Shown here: positions 29,191 to 43,868 of the stretch, piece after piece
Numbering within the stretch: position 1 is the first letter of the stretch
Layout of the letters: every line of letters begins with the position of its first letter
Source: Octopus vulgaris
Lineage: Eukaryota
Length of the DNA stretch: 64,000 nucleotides
Direction: 5' to 3'
NCBI GenBank assembly: GCA_951406725.2
Contig: OX597825.1
Span: 81,096,001-81,160,000, forward strand
Notes under the pieces: model-generated
The model's database searches: none
The model's input: only the letters and a program-made list of their open reading frames with translations
Told to the model about the DNA's origin: nothing
Position numbers and translations under genes: made by a program

Positions 29191-29422
29191 TTACTGCGGG
29201 GAAAACTACGCTAGTAACTCAAGATTCTAGAGTTTCGTTCTCATAGAGATTGTTTCAAACTAGCTAACCTGGTAGCACTGCTTGGTCATGTATTTTTACG
29301 AAGTTATCCATTTACTCCGTTTGAAAGTCCTTTGAAACGGACCAGCTGATGACTGGGGTCGACAACGGCTTTGCTCTTCTCTTCCAAATGTTTTGAAGCA
29401 AGTAGCAGGTGCTCATTCCAAA

Positions 29423-29972
29423 GGCGGCGAGTTGGCAGAAACGTTAGCACGCCGGACGGAATGCTTAGCGGTATTTCGTCATACTCAACGAACCGCCGGG
29501 AATCGAACTCATGTTCTCACGATCGTGAGCCGAATACCCTAACCACTAAGCCACGCGCCTTCCTACAGCACAAACCACGAGCTGGCAGAAACGTTAGCAC
29601 GCCGGGCGAAATGTGTAACCGTATTTCATCTACCGCTACGTTCTGAGTTCAAATTCCGCCGAGGTCGACTTTGCTTTTCATCCTTTCGGGGTCGATATAT
29701 TAAGTACCAGTTACGCACCGGGGTCGATGTAATAGACTTAATCCGTTCGTCTGTCCTTGTTTGTCCCCTCTATGTTTAACCCCTTGTGGGTAGTAAAAAA
29801 TAGGTATTTCATCTGCCGTTACGTTCCGCCGAGGTCGACTTTGCTTTTCCTCCTTTCGGGGTCGATGAAATAAATACCAGTTACGCACTGGGGTCGATGT
29901 AATCGACTTAATCCGTTTGTCTGTCCTTGTTTGTCCCCTCTGTGTTTAGCCCCTTGTGGATAGTAGAGAAAT
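29423..29972 (+). mobile_element. SINE A cluster: head, inverted C-type head (29495-29562), then A dimer (29578-29972)
   Basis: Body gttcaaattccgccgaggtcgactttgc...tcctttcggggtcgat repeated; junction aaaataggtatttc at ~29800. Confidence 0.85.
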
Positions 29973-30369
29973 ATATACAACACGCTCCCTTTTCTGAACA
30001 TCACAACACCAACAAGTCACCCTTCCACATGCTGCTATGACACAAACCCACACAACAAATACACTTCTCTGATCTACCCGCTTCATTACAACACACAACA
30101 TCAACCACACAACACACACAACACACACAACAACAAAATTACATACAACAAAATTACATCACACATGGTCTGAATGAAATCGATGAGACGTTTAAAATAA
30201 CATCTGAACCGACAAACTGAATCCCTGAACAATGCGAAAGTGATGCAGCGTGGAATAAATATAAATCCACATTTCCCGAAAGACATTGCAACAGCAACAA
30301 CAACACTTCCGGAATATGGAGGTGTGTCTTATGGGAACGTTATACAAAGCTACATAAAACGGTTGGAAG

Positions 30370-31570
<1,201 letters not shown>

Positions 31571-32190
31571 TTTCTAACTAATGATAACAATAACGTGAGC
31601 CAGAGTTTTTCGGTAACAAACTGTTGTAACATTTAATTTCGCCAAAAATAATCCTCAGAGGTGTAACAAATTCCAAATAAGGTGGAAAAGCTCGCATTAA
31701 GCATTAATATTGTTGTGGCTCTCTCTCTTATTTATCTTTGTTGATTTTTGTTGTTGGCATTGTTGTTGTTGTTGTCGCCATATTTTTTTTTACCCTTTGT
31801 ATTATTTTTGTTTGTTATATTCTTTTAGTTAGTCCTCGATATCGTTGTTGTTGTTGTAGCTGTCGCTTTTGCTGTTCTTTTCATTGTTGTTGTTGTTGTT
31901 GCTGCTGTTCTTATTTTGGTAGCGCTTGTTTAATGTCCCTATCACTGCTGGTATTGTTGTTGTTGCTGTTGTTGTTGTCGTGGTTGTTGTAGCTGTTTTC
32001 TTTTTACCCTTTCCAAATATTCTACAACGGGGGAAACGAAATTGTCCCCAGCCGTTCGTGGCAGACTTTTCTAGAATATAATCGAAGACTTTAGCATTTT
32101 ATTTGTGTAGAAGAACAAATGTGATGTATGATTGATAAAGGATGACTTAGTTTTTTGGCAACAAACCAAACACAAATACATAGAGAAGAC

Positions 32191-32258
<68 letters not shown>

Positions 32259-32345
32259 TAATAATATAATGGTTAATAACAAAAGAACAATACTACCTAA
32301 AACATTAGTGGCTTCATTTGCGGTCATTCATAGTAACCATATGTG

Positions 32346-32378
<33 letters not shown>

Positions 32379-32568
32379 GTGTGTGTGTATGCGTGTGTGT
32401 ATGTGTGTGTAGCTTGGTCACACTGCTGAGGATTGTATAGCGCAGAGAAGTGTGAATTTAAAGATCAGTAGTGGAGGTAGCGTATCACTTCTGTAAAAAA
32501 AAAAATGTCTACCAGAAACATATAGGTCCCTAGTTAATGGCAGGATGATAGGAAAAACAGCAACGATG

Positions 32569-32602
<34 letters not shown>

Positions 32603-33122
32603 TGATGATGATGATGATTAATGTAAACTTAATGAAAAACAACGTGAAGACCGCTCGTTATGGTTGGCACTCTTAAACGTTAGAGAAAATGAAAAATTTA
32701 TTTGTATGTCCCAAAACAAAATGCCTATTAAATAACAAAACTGTGGACATATTTAGGGAATTGGTATTTCCTGTGGTTGCCATTTGTAAAAAGAAAAAGA
32801 AAAACAACATGGTAGATAAAACAAAAAAAAAAGAAAGAATGTTTACATCGAAATTTCCCTGTGTACATTAATAAAAGAGCATTTTTTGTCTATTCATAAG
32901 CAACAGGTTTTTATAACCATATAATATTCGTCCCGTTTACATCTGTCCACATAAATATACACAGACACGCACGGGTATATAAATGTGTGCCTGTTTACGT
33001 GTATGTGTATGTGTATATTACATACATACATATATATATATATACATATATATATATATGTGTATATATATATATGTATATATAAATATGTATGTATATA
33101 TATAATATATATATAAGTATAT

Positions 33123-33169
<47 letters not shown>

Positions 33170-33273
33170 TATACACATACTTATATGATATATGCAGATA
33201 TATATATATATGGACATATGTATGCATGAATACATACATATACGTAGGTGTGTATATCTATAGGTATACATAC

Positions 33274-33304
<31 letters not shown>

Positions 33305-33900
33305 CCTGTACGTGTATGTATGTCTGTGTGTAAATAACTGCATATGTGCAATATATATATACATATATATATACATAAATTGATATATTTTAACTTATGT
33401 ACAAATAACACCTATACACGCACACACTCACGCACTCTCGCTCTCACACACTCTCGCTCTCACACACTCTCGCTCTCACGCACTCTCGCTCTCACGCACT
33501 CTCGCTCTCACACACACACGGCATAAATACCAACATATGTTTGGATCCATTAAATGGAGACAAGTTTTTTTTCCTGACTGAAAACCAACAACAAAACAAA
33601 GCAAATTTCCTCTCAAGAACTTAGATAATACATAAAGTTAGACGTTAAAATTGAGAAAAATCTCACACATTATCACGGTTTCGCTTACATCATGGTCCTG
33701 CAGAGAACATGTCGGGTGATTTTTCCCCTTTGAACAAGGCTAGGTTATGTATTTAGATGAAGACATGACTCCGGGGTTGCGGCTGTCGTTTAGTAAATCT
33801 GTAGTTTCGGTGTTGAGTGATGCAGCACGGCTTCTTGGGCAAGTTTTTCTACTATGGCTTCAGACAAATTAGTTGAAGGAAACTGTGTAGAATCTATGTA

Positions 33901-34131
33901 GGCGGCGACCTGGCAGAAGCGTTAGCACGCCGAGCGAAATGCTTAGCAGTATTTCGTCTGCCGTTACGTTCTGAGTTCAAATTCCGCCGAGGTCGACTTT
34001 GCCTTTCATCCTTTCAGTGTCGATAAATTAAGTACCATTTACGCACTGGGGTCGATGTAATCGACTTAATCCGTTTGTCTGTCCTTCTTCGTCCCCTCTA
34101 TGTTTAGCCCCTTGTGGGCAATAAAGAAATA
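33901..34131 (+). mobile_element. Full-length SINE family A monomer (tRNA-like head, conserved central domain, tail type 1)
   Basis: ggcggcgacctggcagaagcgttagc (A-box-like), gagttcaaattcc (B-box-like), gcctttcatcctttc...gtcgataaattaagtacc, tail gccccttgtgggcaataaagaaat. Confidence 0.88.
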
Positions 34132-34651
34132 GGAAATGGTGTAGAATCCGTTGTATGTGAAGATTCTTAACCGTCACTCCCGAGAGAAAATAATTTCGCT
34201 ATTTATTTTCAAATGTTTATGTCGTTACTTTCGAAACTTTCCACCCCCGCCAACTGTGACCTATTGGACCATTCAGGATATGACATTTGGAAAGCGAGAG
34301 AGGGCAACACCAGTTCTTGCCTGGTACACATTTTCGGCTAAGTAGTAGAGTGCAACATAAAATAAAATGCCTTGCTCAAGGACGCAACGCACTGCCATGT
34401 CTAGCAACCGAACCCCCGATCTTGTGATCGTGAAACTAAAGCCTTAATTATTGTGTCCCGTGCCTTTCCATACATATATATATACATGCATACATTCATC
34501 ACATACATATTCATATATAAATATGTGTGTATTTACATAAATGCATGCACTCATATATGGATGTGTGTGTATAAATACATACATGCATACACACACACAC
34601 ACACATATATATATACACATATGTATATATATATGTATGTATATATATATA

Positions 34652-35055
34652 TACTCTTTTATTCTCTTTTACTTGTTTCAGTCATTTGACTGCGGCCATG
34701 CTGGAGCACCGCCTTTAATCGAGCAACTCGACCCCGGGACTTATTCTTTTAGTAAGCCCAGTACTTATTCTATCGGTCTCTTTTGCCGAACCGCTAAGTA
34801 ACGGGGACATAAGCACACCAGCATCGGTTGTCAAGCAATGTTAGGGGGACAAACACAGACACACAAACACACACACGCACACATATATATATACATATAT
34901 ATGACGGGCTTCTTTCAGTTTCCGTCTACCAAATCCACTCACAAGGCTTTGGTCGGCCCGAGGCTATAGTAGAAGACACTTGCCCTAGGTGCCACGCAGT
35001 GGGACTGAACCCAGAACCATGTGGTTGGTAAACAAGCTACTTACCACACAGCCAC
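34652..35055 (-). mobile_element. Full-length SINE family B
   Basis: Colinear with 1894-2308. Confidence 0.88.
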
Positions 35056-35080
35056 TATATATAAATATATATATGTATGT

Positions 35081-35198
<118 letters not shown>

Positions 35199-35204
35199 CA
35201 TATA

Positions 35205-35280
35205 TATTAATAAAGCTGCAAAGATATCACAAAAACTTTTACTCAATGTTTCACATTCCCGTTCGTCGGACACTTTTGGT
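35205..35280 (-). ncRNA. Family H5 hammerhead-like motif (decayed) in (TA)n
   Basis: Minus strand: gtgt-CCGACGA-acg-ggaa-tgt-GAAACattgagta; homolog of 61578-61630. Confidence 0.55.
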
Positions 35281-35315
35281 ATATGTATGTGTGTATAAGT
35301 GCGTGTGTGTGTGCG

Positions 35316-35372
<57 letters not shown>

Positions 35373-35435
35373 TGTATATATATGTGTATATGTATACGTA
35401 TATATACATATATCTGTATATATATATATATATAT

Positions 35436-35488
<53 letters not shown>

Positions 35489-35825
35489 CATATATATACA
35501 CATATATATATATATATGAATATATACACATATATATATATGAATATATACTTATATATATAACATAATATAAATTATATATATATATATATATTTATGC
35601 ATATATACATACGTATATGTTGAGATCGTTTTAAAAACCGTGGTTTGTGTTTTTATGTCACTTCGAGTTCCCACACAGAATCCAATAAAATACACAGCGG
35701 GCTTTAAAATTAATACTGAAGTTGATACAACTTACTAGAATTCCTTCCTTCAAAACAGTGCCCCAGCATGGCCGCAGTCCACTGACTGAAACAGCGAATA
35801 AGTAACACAATATTCCAAACGTTTA

Positions 35826-36047
35826 AGGCGCCGCGCTGGAAATCTTTTTAGCGCTCCGGACAAAATGTTTAGCAGCATTTCGTCCGTCTTTACGTTCTGA
35901 GTTCATATGTTCCCGAGGTCGACATTGCCTTACATTATTTTGGGCTCGATAAAATAAGTACCAGTTTTGTGCTGGGGTTGATGTAATCGACTTAAGAACC
36001 CCCAACCCCAAAATTACTGGCCTTGTGTGAAAATTTGAAACCAGTAT
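35826..36047 (+). mobile_element. SINE family A (tail type 2), diverged
   Basis: tacgttctgagttc...gaggtcgac...aagtaccag...ggccttgtgtgaaaatttgaaacc. Confidence 0.75.
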
Positions 36048-36394
36048 TCAAAAATGTTTAAAACACTTATTTAAATACTTAATTACATAATTAATTTCTG
36101 CAATAATTACATGCGGAATCGACTGTTTAATAAATATCGAGTTTCGTGTGAGATTTGTTGTTCACAGATGTTCATCTTAATATCGATTTTTAATAAACCA
36201 TTCTAAACGCGTCGTCGGCATTCTGACCTCTTCTTGGAGTACACGGTTCTTACACTTCACTCGCAGACAACTATGCCAAGCATGATCCGGTTACATTAGT
36301 CCGAAAGTTTTAATGGTAACATATTCCACAAATATTCCTGGCAATGAAATGCGTGAATGTACTTAACGCCGCCGCCCCCACCACCACCACCACC

Positions 36395-36442
<48 letters not shown>

Positions 36443-36517
36443 GTACTACTACTACTACTACTACTGCTACTACTGCTACTTATTATTATTATTATCATTA
36501 TCATTATTATTATTTTT

Positions 36518-36577
<60 letters not shown>

Positions 36578-36593
36578 GTTATTATTATTATTA

Positions 36594-36667
<74 letters not shown>

Positions 36668-37252
36668 GATTATTATTATTATTATTATTATTATTATTGT
36701 TGTTCTTGTTGTTCTTGTTGTTGTTTTCTGTTAGTCCATCCTAACAATGGTATTGTATATTATTTAATAATAACATTAAGCTGTATAGAAAAGTAATGCT
36801 GTATGTGACATTTTCGGGGGGCAGCTGAAATTTATGTGGAATATTTTCAGCGGATATCTGATACAATTGACATTTTCGGTGGCACCTTGGGGGCTTAGCT
36901 GTTTCACTATCACTTCTGTACATCGGTATTGTTTTTTTATAGCTTTATCTCACTCATGCATTACCAAAGTACAACCTGACGTAGCAGTGACGAGTCAAAA
37001 GCAAACTACACTCTCTCTCTAAACGTCGCCATCATATACTAAACCTTATGCTTAAAATACCAATACCATAACCTTTTGCTTTTTGGTTGGTTTCGCTTCC
37101 AGAGGCGTAGATCTGTCTGATAGGTCTGAGGTCGTATGCTTCTTCAGGAATTAATTCCACACTTGAAAGATGATAGTGCTCCTTTCACTTTTAAACATTT
37201 GATTAAGCGTTTTAGATTTTATTTAACAGATACTTCCTTGGGTGAGGCCATA

Positions 37253-37882
37253 CGTCATTCTAAGATAGTTTGGAATCATCTTAAGCCTTCTCAATCATTT
37301 TCTTTTTCTTCTGAGGTAGAATTGGTAAAATATTCCTAGTTCTTTTAAAGATTTCAACTGATGGTAGAATCTTGCTTTTTTCTTAATATCAATGGAACAT
37401 ACCTCTTCTGTAATTCAGCTAAGTGTCTCACATATTCTTAACAATATTCTAAGATAGTTTGGAATCAACTTAAGTCTTCTCAATCATTTTTTTTTCTTCT
37501 GAGGTAGAATTGGTAAAATATTCATAGTTATTTTAAAGATTTCAACTAATGGTAAAATCTAGCTAATTTCTTAATATCAATGGAACATACCTCTTCTGTA
37601 ATTCAGCTAAGTGTCTCACATATTCTTAACAATATTGGTACTACAGAGAAGATGACAAAATGGCAGAATCCTTAACATTCCGAGTCAAGCGTCATACGTC
37701 ATTCTATGATAGTTTGGAATCATTTTAAAATCTCAATCATTTTCTTTTTCTTCTGAGGGAGAATTGGTAAAATATTCCTAGTTCTTTTGAAGATTTCAAT
37801 TGTCAAAAGAATCTTGCTAATTTCTTAACATCAATGGAACATCTTCTGTAATTCAGCTGTCTCAAATATTCTTAACAATATT
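37253..37882. repeat. Three diverged tandem copies of a ~190 bp unit
   Basis: attct(a)agatagtttggaatca...ttctgaggtagaattggtaaaatatt...aattcagct...ttcttaacaatatt at ~37257, ~37446 and ~37701. Confidence 0.9.
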
Positions 37883-37894
37883 GGTGCTGCAGAT

Positions 37895-38110
37895 AAGGCG
37901 ACAGACTCGTAGAATCTTTAACACGTCGAGTCAAACGCTTCGCTGACTTCATTTCATCTTTACGTTCTAAGTTCAATCCGCTGAGGTCGCCTTTGCTGTT
38001 CGTCCTTTCGGAGTCGATAAAATACAGAACCAGTTAATCGCAGAGATCTGAGTAATTGACTTTACCCCATCCCAGAATTGTTGGCCTTGAGCCAAAATTT
38101 GGAACCAATA
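37895..38110 (+). mobile_element. SINE family A (tail type 2), diverged
   Basis: ttacgttctaagttcaatccgctgaggtcgcctttgc...ggccttgagccaaaattt. Confidence 0.7.
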
Positions 38111-38845
38111 TTGGTACAGTAGATGTCTTGTAATATATAGCCTTTTAGGAAGGAAAACCTCTGATGCTATATTCTTTGTCAATCTGACGGTGTTGTTGTT
38201 GTTATTGCTGTTCTTGTCGCTTTCTTTCTGTTTCCAATCGAATCAGCTTCGATGGGGCAAACCTATTAATGGCATTCCAAACTGAACGACCCGTATTACT
38301 CTTGATAGAAAACCTAACCCTGATCATATTGTCTAAAATGTCCTCCCACTTTAAGACGATATCGTAAGACTCTTTCCTCGGATTGTCTTTGTGCACGGCC
38401 AATCCATAGACGTTAACAGAACAAAGCATTTGGGATGGACTGGAATCACAAACACAGACGGTGATGTGAATATTGGTTGCAGTTCCAACAACGACAGAAC
38501 ATTAAAATAACGCCTGGTCATAACCAGCGGGGTGCAACGTGTTTTGTAATGAGCCATGTATTACAACATCCGACAGTGTGACACACACGCACACACAAAC
38601 ACGTATATATATACATAAATGTATATATATATATATATATAATATAAATTAGAGATAAAACCACAATTTTGCAACTCAAACAGTGATAGACATAGACCAA
38701 TACATAGCTAACAAATAATATATATTTTTATAAAACATATAACTTATAACTAGATTTCAAAAAGTATAAAATGAATGATCAATATATAATATAATAATAT
38801 AAGTAAAATAGTCCTAGTTCTTTTTATATATATATATATATATAT

Positions 38846-38882
<37 letters not shown>

Positions 38883-38889
38883 ATATATA

Positions 38890-38999
<110 letters not shown>

Positions 39000-39001
39000 A
39001 T

Positions 39002-39068
<67 letters not shown>

Positions 39069-39217
39069 AGATATATATGTTTTATTTATTATTTTGTACA
39101 TTACTTAATCATTGTCATATGTTTTATCGTATATTTAATCTTTCTTTAAGATGTAATTTTTCTAAATGGTATAATTAATTTTTTCGTTATTGAATTGATA
39201 AAAGGTGTTTTATTTCT

Positions 39218-39420
39218 AAATGGGACCTCGTGTGTACCGTTGGCGATTGTTTTTTCTCTGCCTTCCCGTCTCTGGATCTTTCCTTCTCCTACGTTTCCGA
39301 CGAAGAGCTACGCTCGAAACGTTAAGCCCTCCTTCTTTCCTTCTTTCCTGACGTCCAATAATACTATATTTGTTCCACGTCCTCGTGTTGTTGTGTTTTT
39401 TTTTGTGCTTTCTTGTTTGG

Positions 39421-39425
<5 letters not shown>
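39218..39425 (+). mobile_element. Repeat family H2 with hammerhead-like motif
   Basis: CCGACGA-agagc-tac-gctc-GAAACGTT at 39297-39323; ends at (TA)n. Confidence 0.72.
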
Positions 39426-39460
<35 letters not shown>

Positions 39461-39461
<1 letters not shown>

Positions 39462-39678
39462 AGGAAGGGGGCTGAAACGTTCTTGGTTTATAAGGATGTC
39501 ACATAAGGCCTCGTTGGAAACCCGACCTTTCGAGTTCCTCTACAGGGCTCAGGAAAACTTTAGGGTCGCTGCAATAAGTATGTGAGCCTGAGAGGGGAAT
39601 TTGTTGAATAATCATAATTTACTGATCCTCTGGAATTTTCTTTTACCTACTTCTCGGAACTTTTCAGCATCCCTTTGT
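39461..39678 (+). mobile_element. Mariner-derived MITE
   Basis: Imperfect TIRs gaagggggctgaaacgttc / gaacttttcagcatccctt; internal gtcgctgcaataagtatgtgagcctgagaggggaatttgttgaataa resembles a mariner C-terminus (RCNKYVSLRGEFVE*); a related 5' end lies at ~58164. Confidence 0.65.
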
Positions 39679-39758
39679 GCGTGTGTTTATGTGTATATAT
39701 ATATATATGTATGTATATATATATGTATATATATAGATAGATATAGATATAGATATAG

Positions 39759-39789
<31 letters not shown>

Positions 39790-39807
39790 TGTATGTATGT
39801 ATGTATG

Positions 39808-39886
<79 letters not shown>

Positions 39887-39937
39887 ATATATATATATAT
39901 ATATATACATATATATGCCTATGCATATATACATATA

Positions 39938-40064
39938 CAGGGTGTCCCCAAAAAATGTATACACACCTTAAATAATTGTAAATTTGTTATTCTTTGTCAG
40001 CCTAGTACTTATTCTATCGTTCTCTTTTGCCGAACCACTATGTGTATACATTTTTTGGGACACC

Positions 40065-40067
<3 letters not shown>
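39938..40067. mobile_element. Tc1/mariner-type MITE (130 bp) containing a SINE B fragment
   Basis: TA|cagggtgtccccaaaaaatgtatacaca ... tgtgtatacattttttgggacaccctg|TA. Confidence 0.88.
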
Positions 40068-40148
<81 letters not shown>

Positions 40149-40646
40149 GTGTGTGTGTATGTGTATAAATGGATGGATGTACGTTACGATATAATAAAGA
40201 AATATGTAAACCATCATTAATAAATATTCGTCTCACTTATAAATGTTGAATGCTTTCCAATATGAAATCCTGACCTTTGCAAGAACGACGACATTAACGT
40301 GCCATCATTGAGCACTTTTCATCGACAATATTCCTTGCTGGACGATTCCTTTAGTCAAAGTAGTTTTTAACTGAACAGAAATTGTTCCTTCCATTATATT
40401 ACCAATTAGATTAATTATTTTCTAGTCAATTAGTTCTCGGCTGCTTTGAGACTTGACGTGCGCGCACTTCAGAAAAAGAAAAAAAAAACAGAGAAAAAAA
40501 ACAAAAACAAAAAAACCCCAGCAGTAACAACGACAACAACAACAACAACAACAACAACAACAGTGACAATACCAATAACAACAGCGGCACTTTGGATCTC
40601 CTGAGTTGGCACTCGACTTTTGATCATTAATTTACTAGTAAGTCAT

Positions 40647-40668
40647 TTATTATTATTATTATTATTAC

Positions 40669-40728
<60 letters not shown>

Positions 40729-40766
40729 TATTATTATTGTTGTTGTTATTATTATTATTATTAGTA

Positions 40767-40857
<91 letters not shown>

Positions 40858-40895
40858 TATTATTATTGTTGTTGTTATTATTATTATTATTAGTA

Positions 40896-40992
<97 letters not shown>

Positions 40993-41030
40993 TATTATTA
41001 TTGTTGTTGTTATTATTATTATTATTAGTA

Positions 41031-41121
<91 letters not shown>

Positions 41122-41159
41122 TATTATTATTGTTGTTGTTATTATTATTATTATTAGTA

Positions 41160-41194
<35 letters not shown>

Positions 41195-41235
41195 GTTGTT
41201 GTTGTTGTTGTTATTGTTGTTATTGTTGTTCTTGT
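40647..41235. repeat. (TTA)n tract with ~130 bp higher-order periodicity
   Basis: The variant block actattattattattgttgttgttattattattattattagtattg occurs four times. Confidence 0.9.
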
Positions 41236-41795
41236 TATTGATGTTGTTGTTTCTTTGTTTTTATTATTAAGAATAAAAGTGATTCTGTTTATGCTTTTGT
41301 GGTCGTTGTTAGTATTTTCGTGTTGTGTTTTATTGGAATAGTCCCTGCCTTTTGTATTTGTTACATTTGTACTCGCTGTTGTTATTGTTGTTGTTGTTGT
41401 TGACGCCGTGGTAGTGGTGGTGGTGGTGGTGGTGTTGGCGGCGGCGGCGGCGACGGTGGCGATGGTGGCGGTGGTCGCCGTTGTCGCATTGTTAAAATCG
41501 AAGTCCATGTCGTTTCTGCTCGCAATGGCGAAGAACAGAGGAGCGAGAAGTGAAAGCGTTCGCAGATCAAATGCAAGAACGAAGTAAATTAAAAGACAGA
41601 GGAAGTATTTGAAAGAACAGAGAGTTCCGCGGCGGCGGCGGGGAGGATGATGGTGGATGGTGGTGGTTGTGGTGGTGGCGGTAGGGACGGTGGGTACTTT
41701 CCCTGATCTGCTTAGCTTTCGGTAAACAACAAAAGTGTATTGATTACAGGCATATAAAGTGATTGAAGACATCCAAGATAACTCGATTAACATAG

Positions 41796-41846
<51 letters not shown>

Positions 41847-42490
41847 AGAGAGAAAGAGAAAGAAAGCTCGTGAGAGAGAAATAGATAGATAGTGAGATAG
41901 ATAAAGAGACAGAGGGAGACAGAGATAGCGACAGACGGATAGATATACTGTTAGATAAAGAGAGAGAGAGGAAGAGAGAGAGAGAGAGAGAGGGGAGGAG
42001 GAGGAGGGGCGATGGGGGTGAAAAATGGTTTGAAGAAAAAATTCTTGTATTTTTTGTCTTCTGCTAAAAGAAAGCCACCATCATCTAAGTGAAAATGTAA
42101 ATGGGACAACTTCTTTCCTTTTTAATATAGCGTGATTCACTGTTGCGGCAAGTTGACCATCTTTAATGTCCCATGCCAAATTTAATTCGTAGCATTTCTA
42201 TTGTTTATGAAGAATTCTGAGAATATTACGAAAAAGGAATCAAAGGACAAAAAAAGAAGACAATTTGTTGATCCAAGAATATTGAGCAGAGTCGCACGAG
42301 ATAAAGATGTAAAACTACAAAAGTCATAGAATTTAGTTAATATGGTGAAATAGATAAGCGTTTGAAAAGGTTATTCTGAGACTAAAACAAAAAAAACTCT
42401 CTCCTATTTTACACAGCTATTGGTGCGGCGCTGGGGAGGTTAGGCAGATGCTAATGGCGTATTTATGTAGCTAATGGTTTAACAGGTGAT

Positions 42491-42822
42491 GGCGCTTGGT
42501 TCAGTGGTTAGAGCGTCGAGCTTACGATCGTGAGGTTGTGAGCTCGAATCCCGGACCGAGCTGCATGTTGTGTTCTTGAGCAAGACACTTTATTTCACGT
42601 TGCTCCAGTTCATTCAGCCTTAGAAATGAGCTGCGACGTCACTGATGCCAAGCTGTATCGACCTTTGCCTTTCCCTTGGATAACACTGGTGGCGTGGATA
42701 GGGGAGTCTGGTATGCATGGGTGACTGCTGGTCTTCCATAAACAATCTTGCTTGGACTTGTGCGTGGGAGTGTAACTTTCTAGGTGCAATCCCATAGTCA
42801 GTGTTGTGACCGAAGGGGGTCT
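42491..42822 (+). mobile_element. SINE family C, near full length
   Basis: ggcgcttggttcagtggttagagcgtcgagcttacgatcgtgaggttgtgagctcgaatcccgg...cttgagcaagacacttt. Confidence 0.82.
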
Positions 42823-43164
42823 CAGGCTCAGGTTTAACAATTCCTCACTTTCCATCATAGTTTGGACTGGTCTAAACCGAACGTTTGTCGCTGGAATATT
42901 TATCAAGAATATTACTATCTACCAGGTGTTTTAACGCGACCATTAGGTTGTTTTATGGAATCTGTGAATTTTGGGTCCACTGGTTAGGATTTGTGATTTC
43001 GTATGAAATAAATAAGATTTATGCAGCAAAAAAGGTGCTACATGCAAAGACAAATGATTTAATCTAGTCAAAATCTTTCTGTAAAAAAGATTAGAAAAAT
43101 CCGATTATAACAACAGCAAAAACAACAAACCCGCCGTATTGAGCAACGGGAAACAACAATCATC

Positions 43165-43299
43165 GACCTCAGTGCGTAACTGGTACTTAATTTATCGACT
43201 CCGAAAGGATGAAAGGCAAAGTCGACTTCGGCGGAATTTGAACTCGGAACGTAACGGCAGACGAAATACCACTAAGCTAACGTTTCTGACAGCTCGCCA
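43165..43299 (-). mobile_element. SINE family A fragment
   Basis: gtgcgtaactggtacttaatttatcgac...aaagtcgacttcggcggaatttgaactc...cagctcgcc. Confidence 0.8.
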
Positions 43300-43314
43300 C
43301 CAATCCTTTCACAA

Positions 43315-43394
<80 letters not shown>

Positions 43395-43411
43395 TATTAT
43401 TATTATTATTA

Positions 43412-43478
<67 letters not shown>

Positions 43479-43479
<1 letters not shown>

Positions 43480-43813
43480 ATTTCGTTTTGGGATTTGGTT
43501 TGCAAGATTTTTTATGTGAGTTCGTGTGTTGAAGTATATTCTGTTGTATCTGGGGAGAGTCATTCTCTTTTGGTGCCTTATAATTTAACACACTCACCGG
43601 TAAAATTTCCACTTATTTCTTATTTTTATTCTTCTAAAATTTTCGTTGCGTCTTGCAACCTTTTCAATAGTTTTTGACTCAAAATTACTGAAAAGGTTGC
43701 AAGACGCAACGAAAATTGTAGGGAAATAAAAATAAGAAATAAGTGGAAATTTTACCGGTGAGTGTGTTAAATTATAAGGCACCAAAAGAGAACGACTCTC
43801 CCCAGACACAACA

Positions 43814-43817
<4 letters not shown>
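43479..43817. repeat. Long near-perfect inverted repeat (~140 bp arms, centre ~43678) inside an (AAT)/(TTA) microsatellite
   Basis: 43536-43676 is the reverse complement of 43681-43817; the ORF track shows the same peptide on both strands. Confidence 0.92.

Positions 43818-43868
<51 letters not shown>

Noticed and set aside
29330-29360. gaaacggaccagctgatgac, and the ctgatga...gaaac pair at 13930-14053, as hammerheads
   Set aside because: Spacing and stems are not compatible with the fold, and there is no independent second copy
37253-37882. CRISPR-like array
   Set aside because: Long diverged tandem units without unique spacers, no cas genes, eukaryotic context
42491-42565. tRNA-like sequences at SINE heads (also 22714, 28885, 33901)
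   Set aside because: They continue into repeated SINE bodies and lack a complete cloverleaf; they are SINE promoters, not tRNA genes
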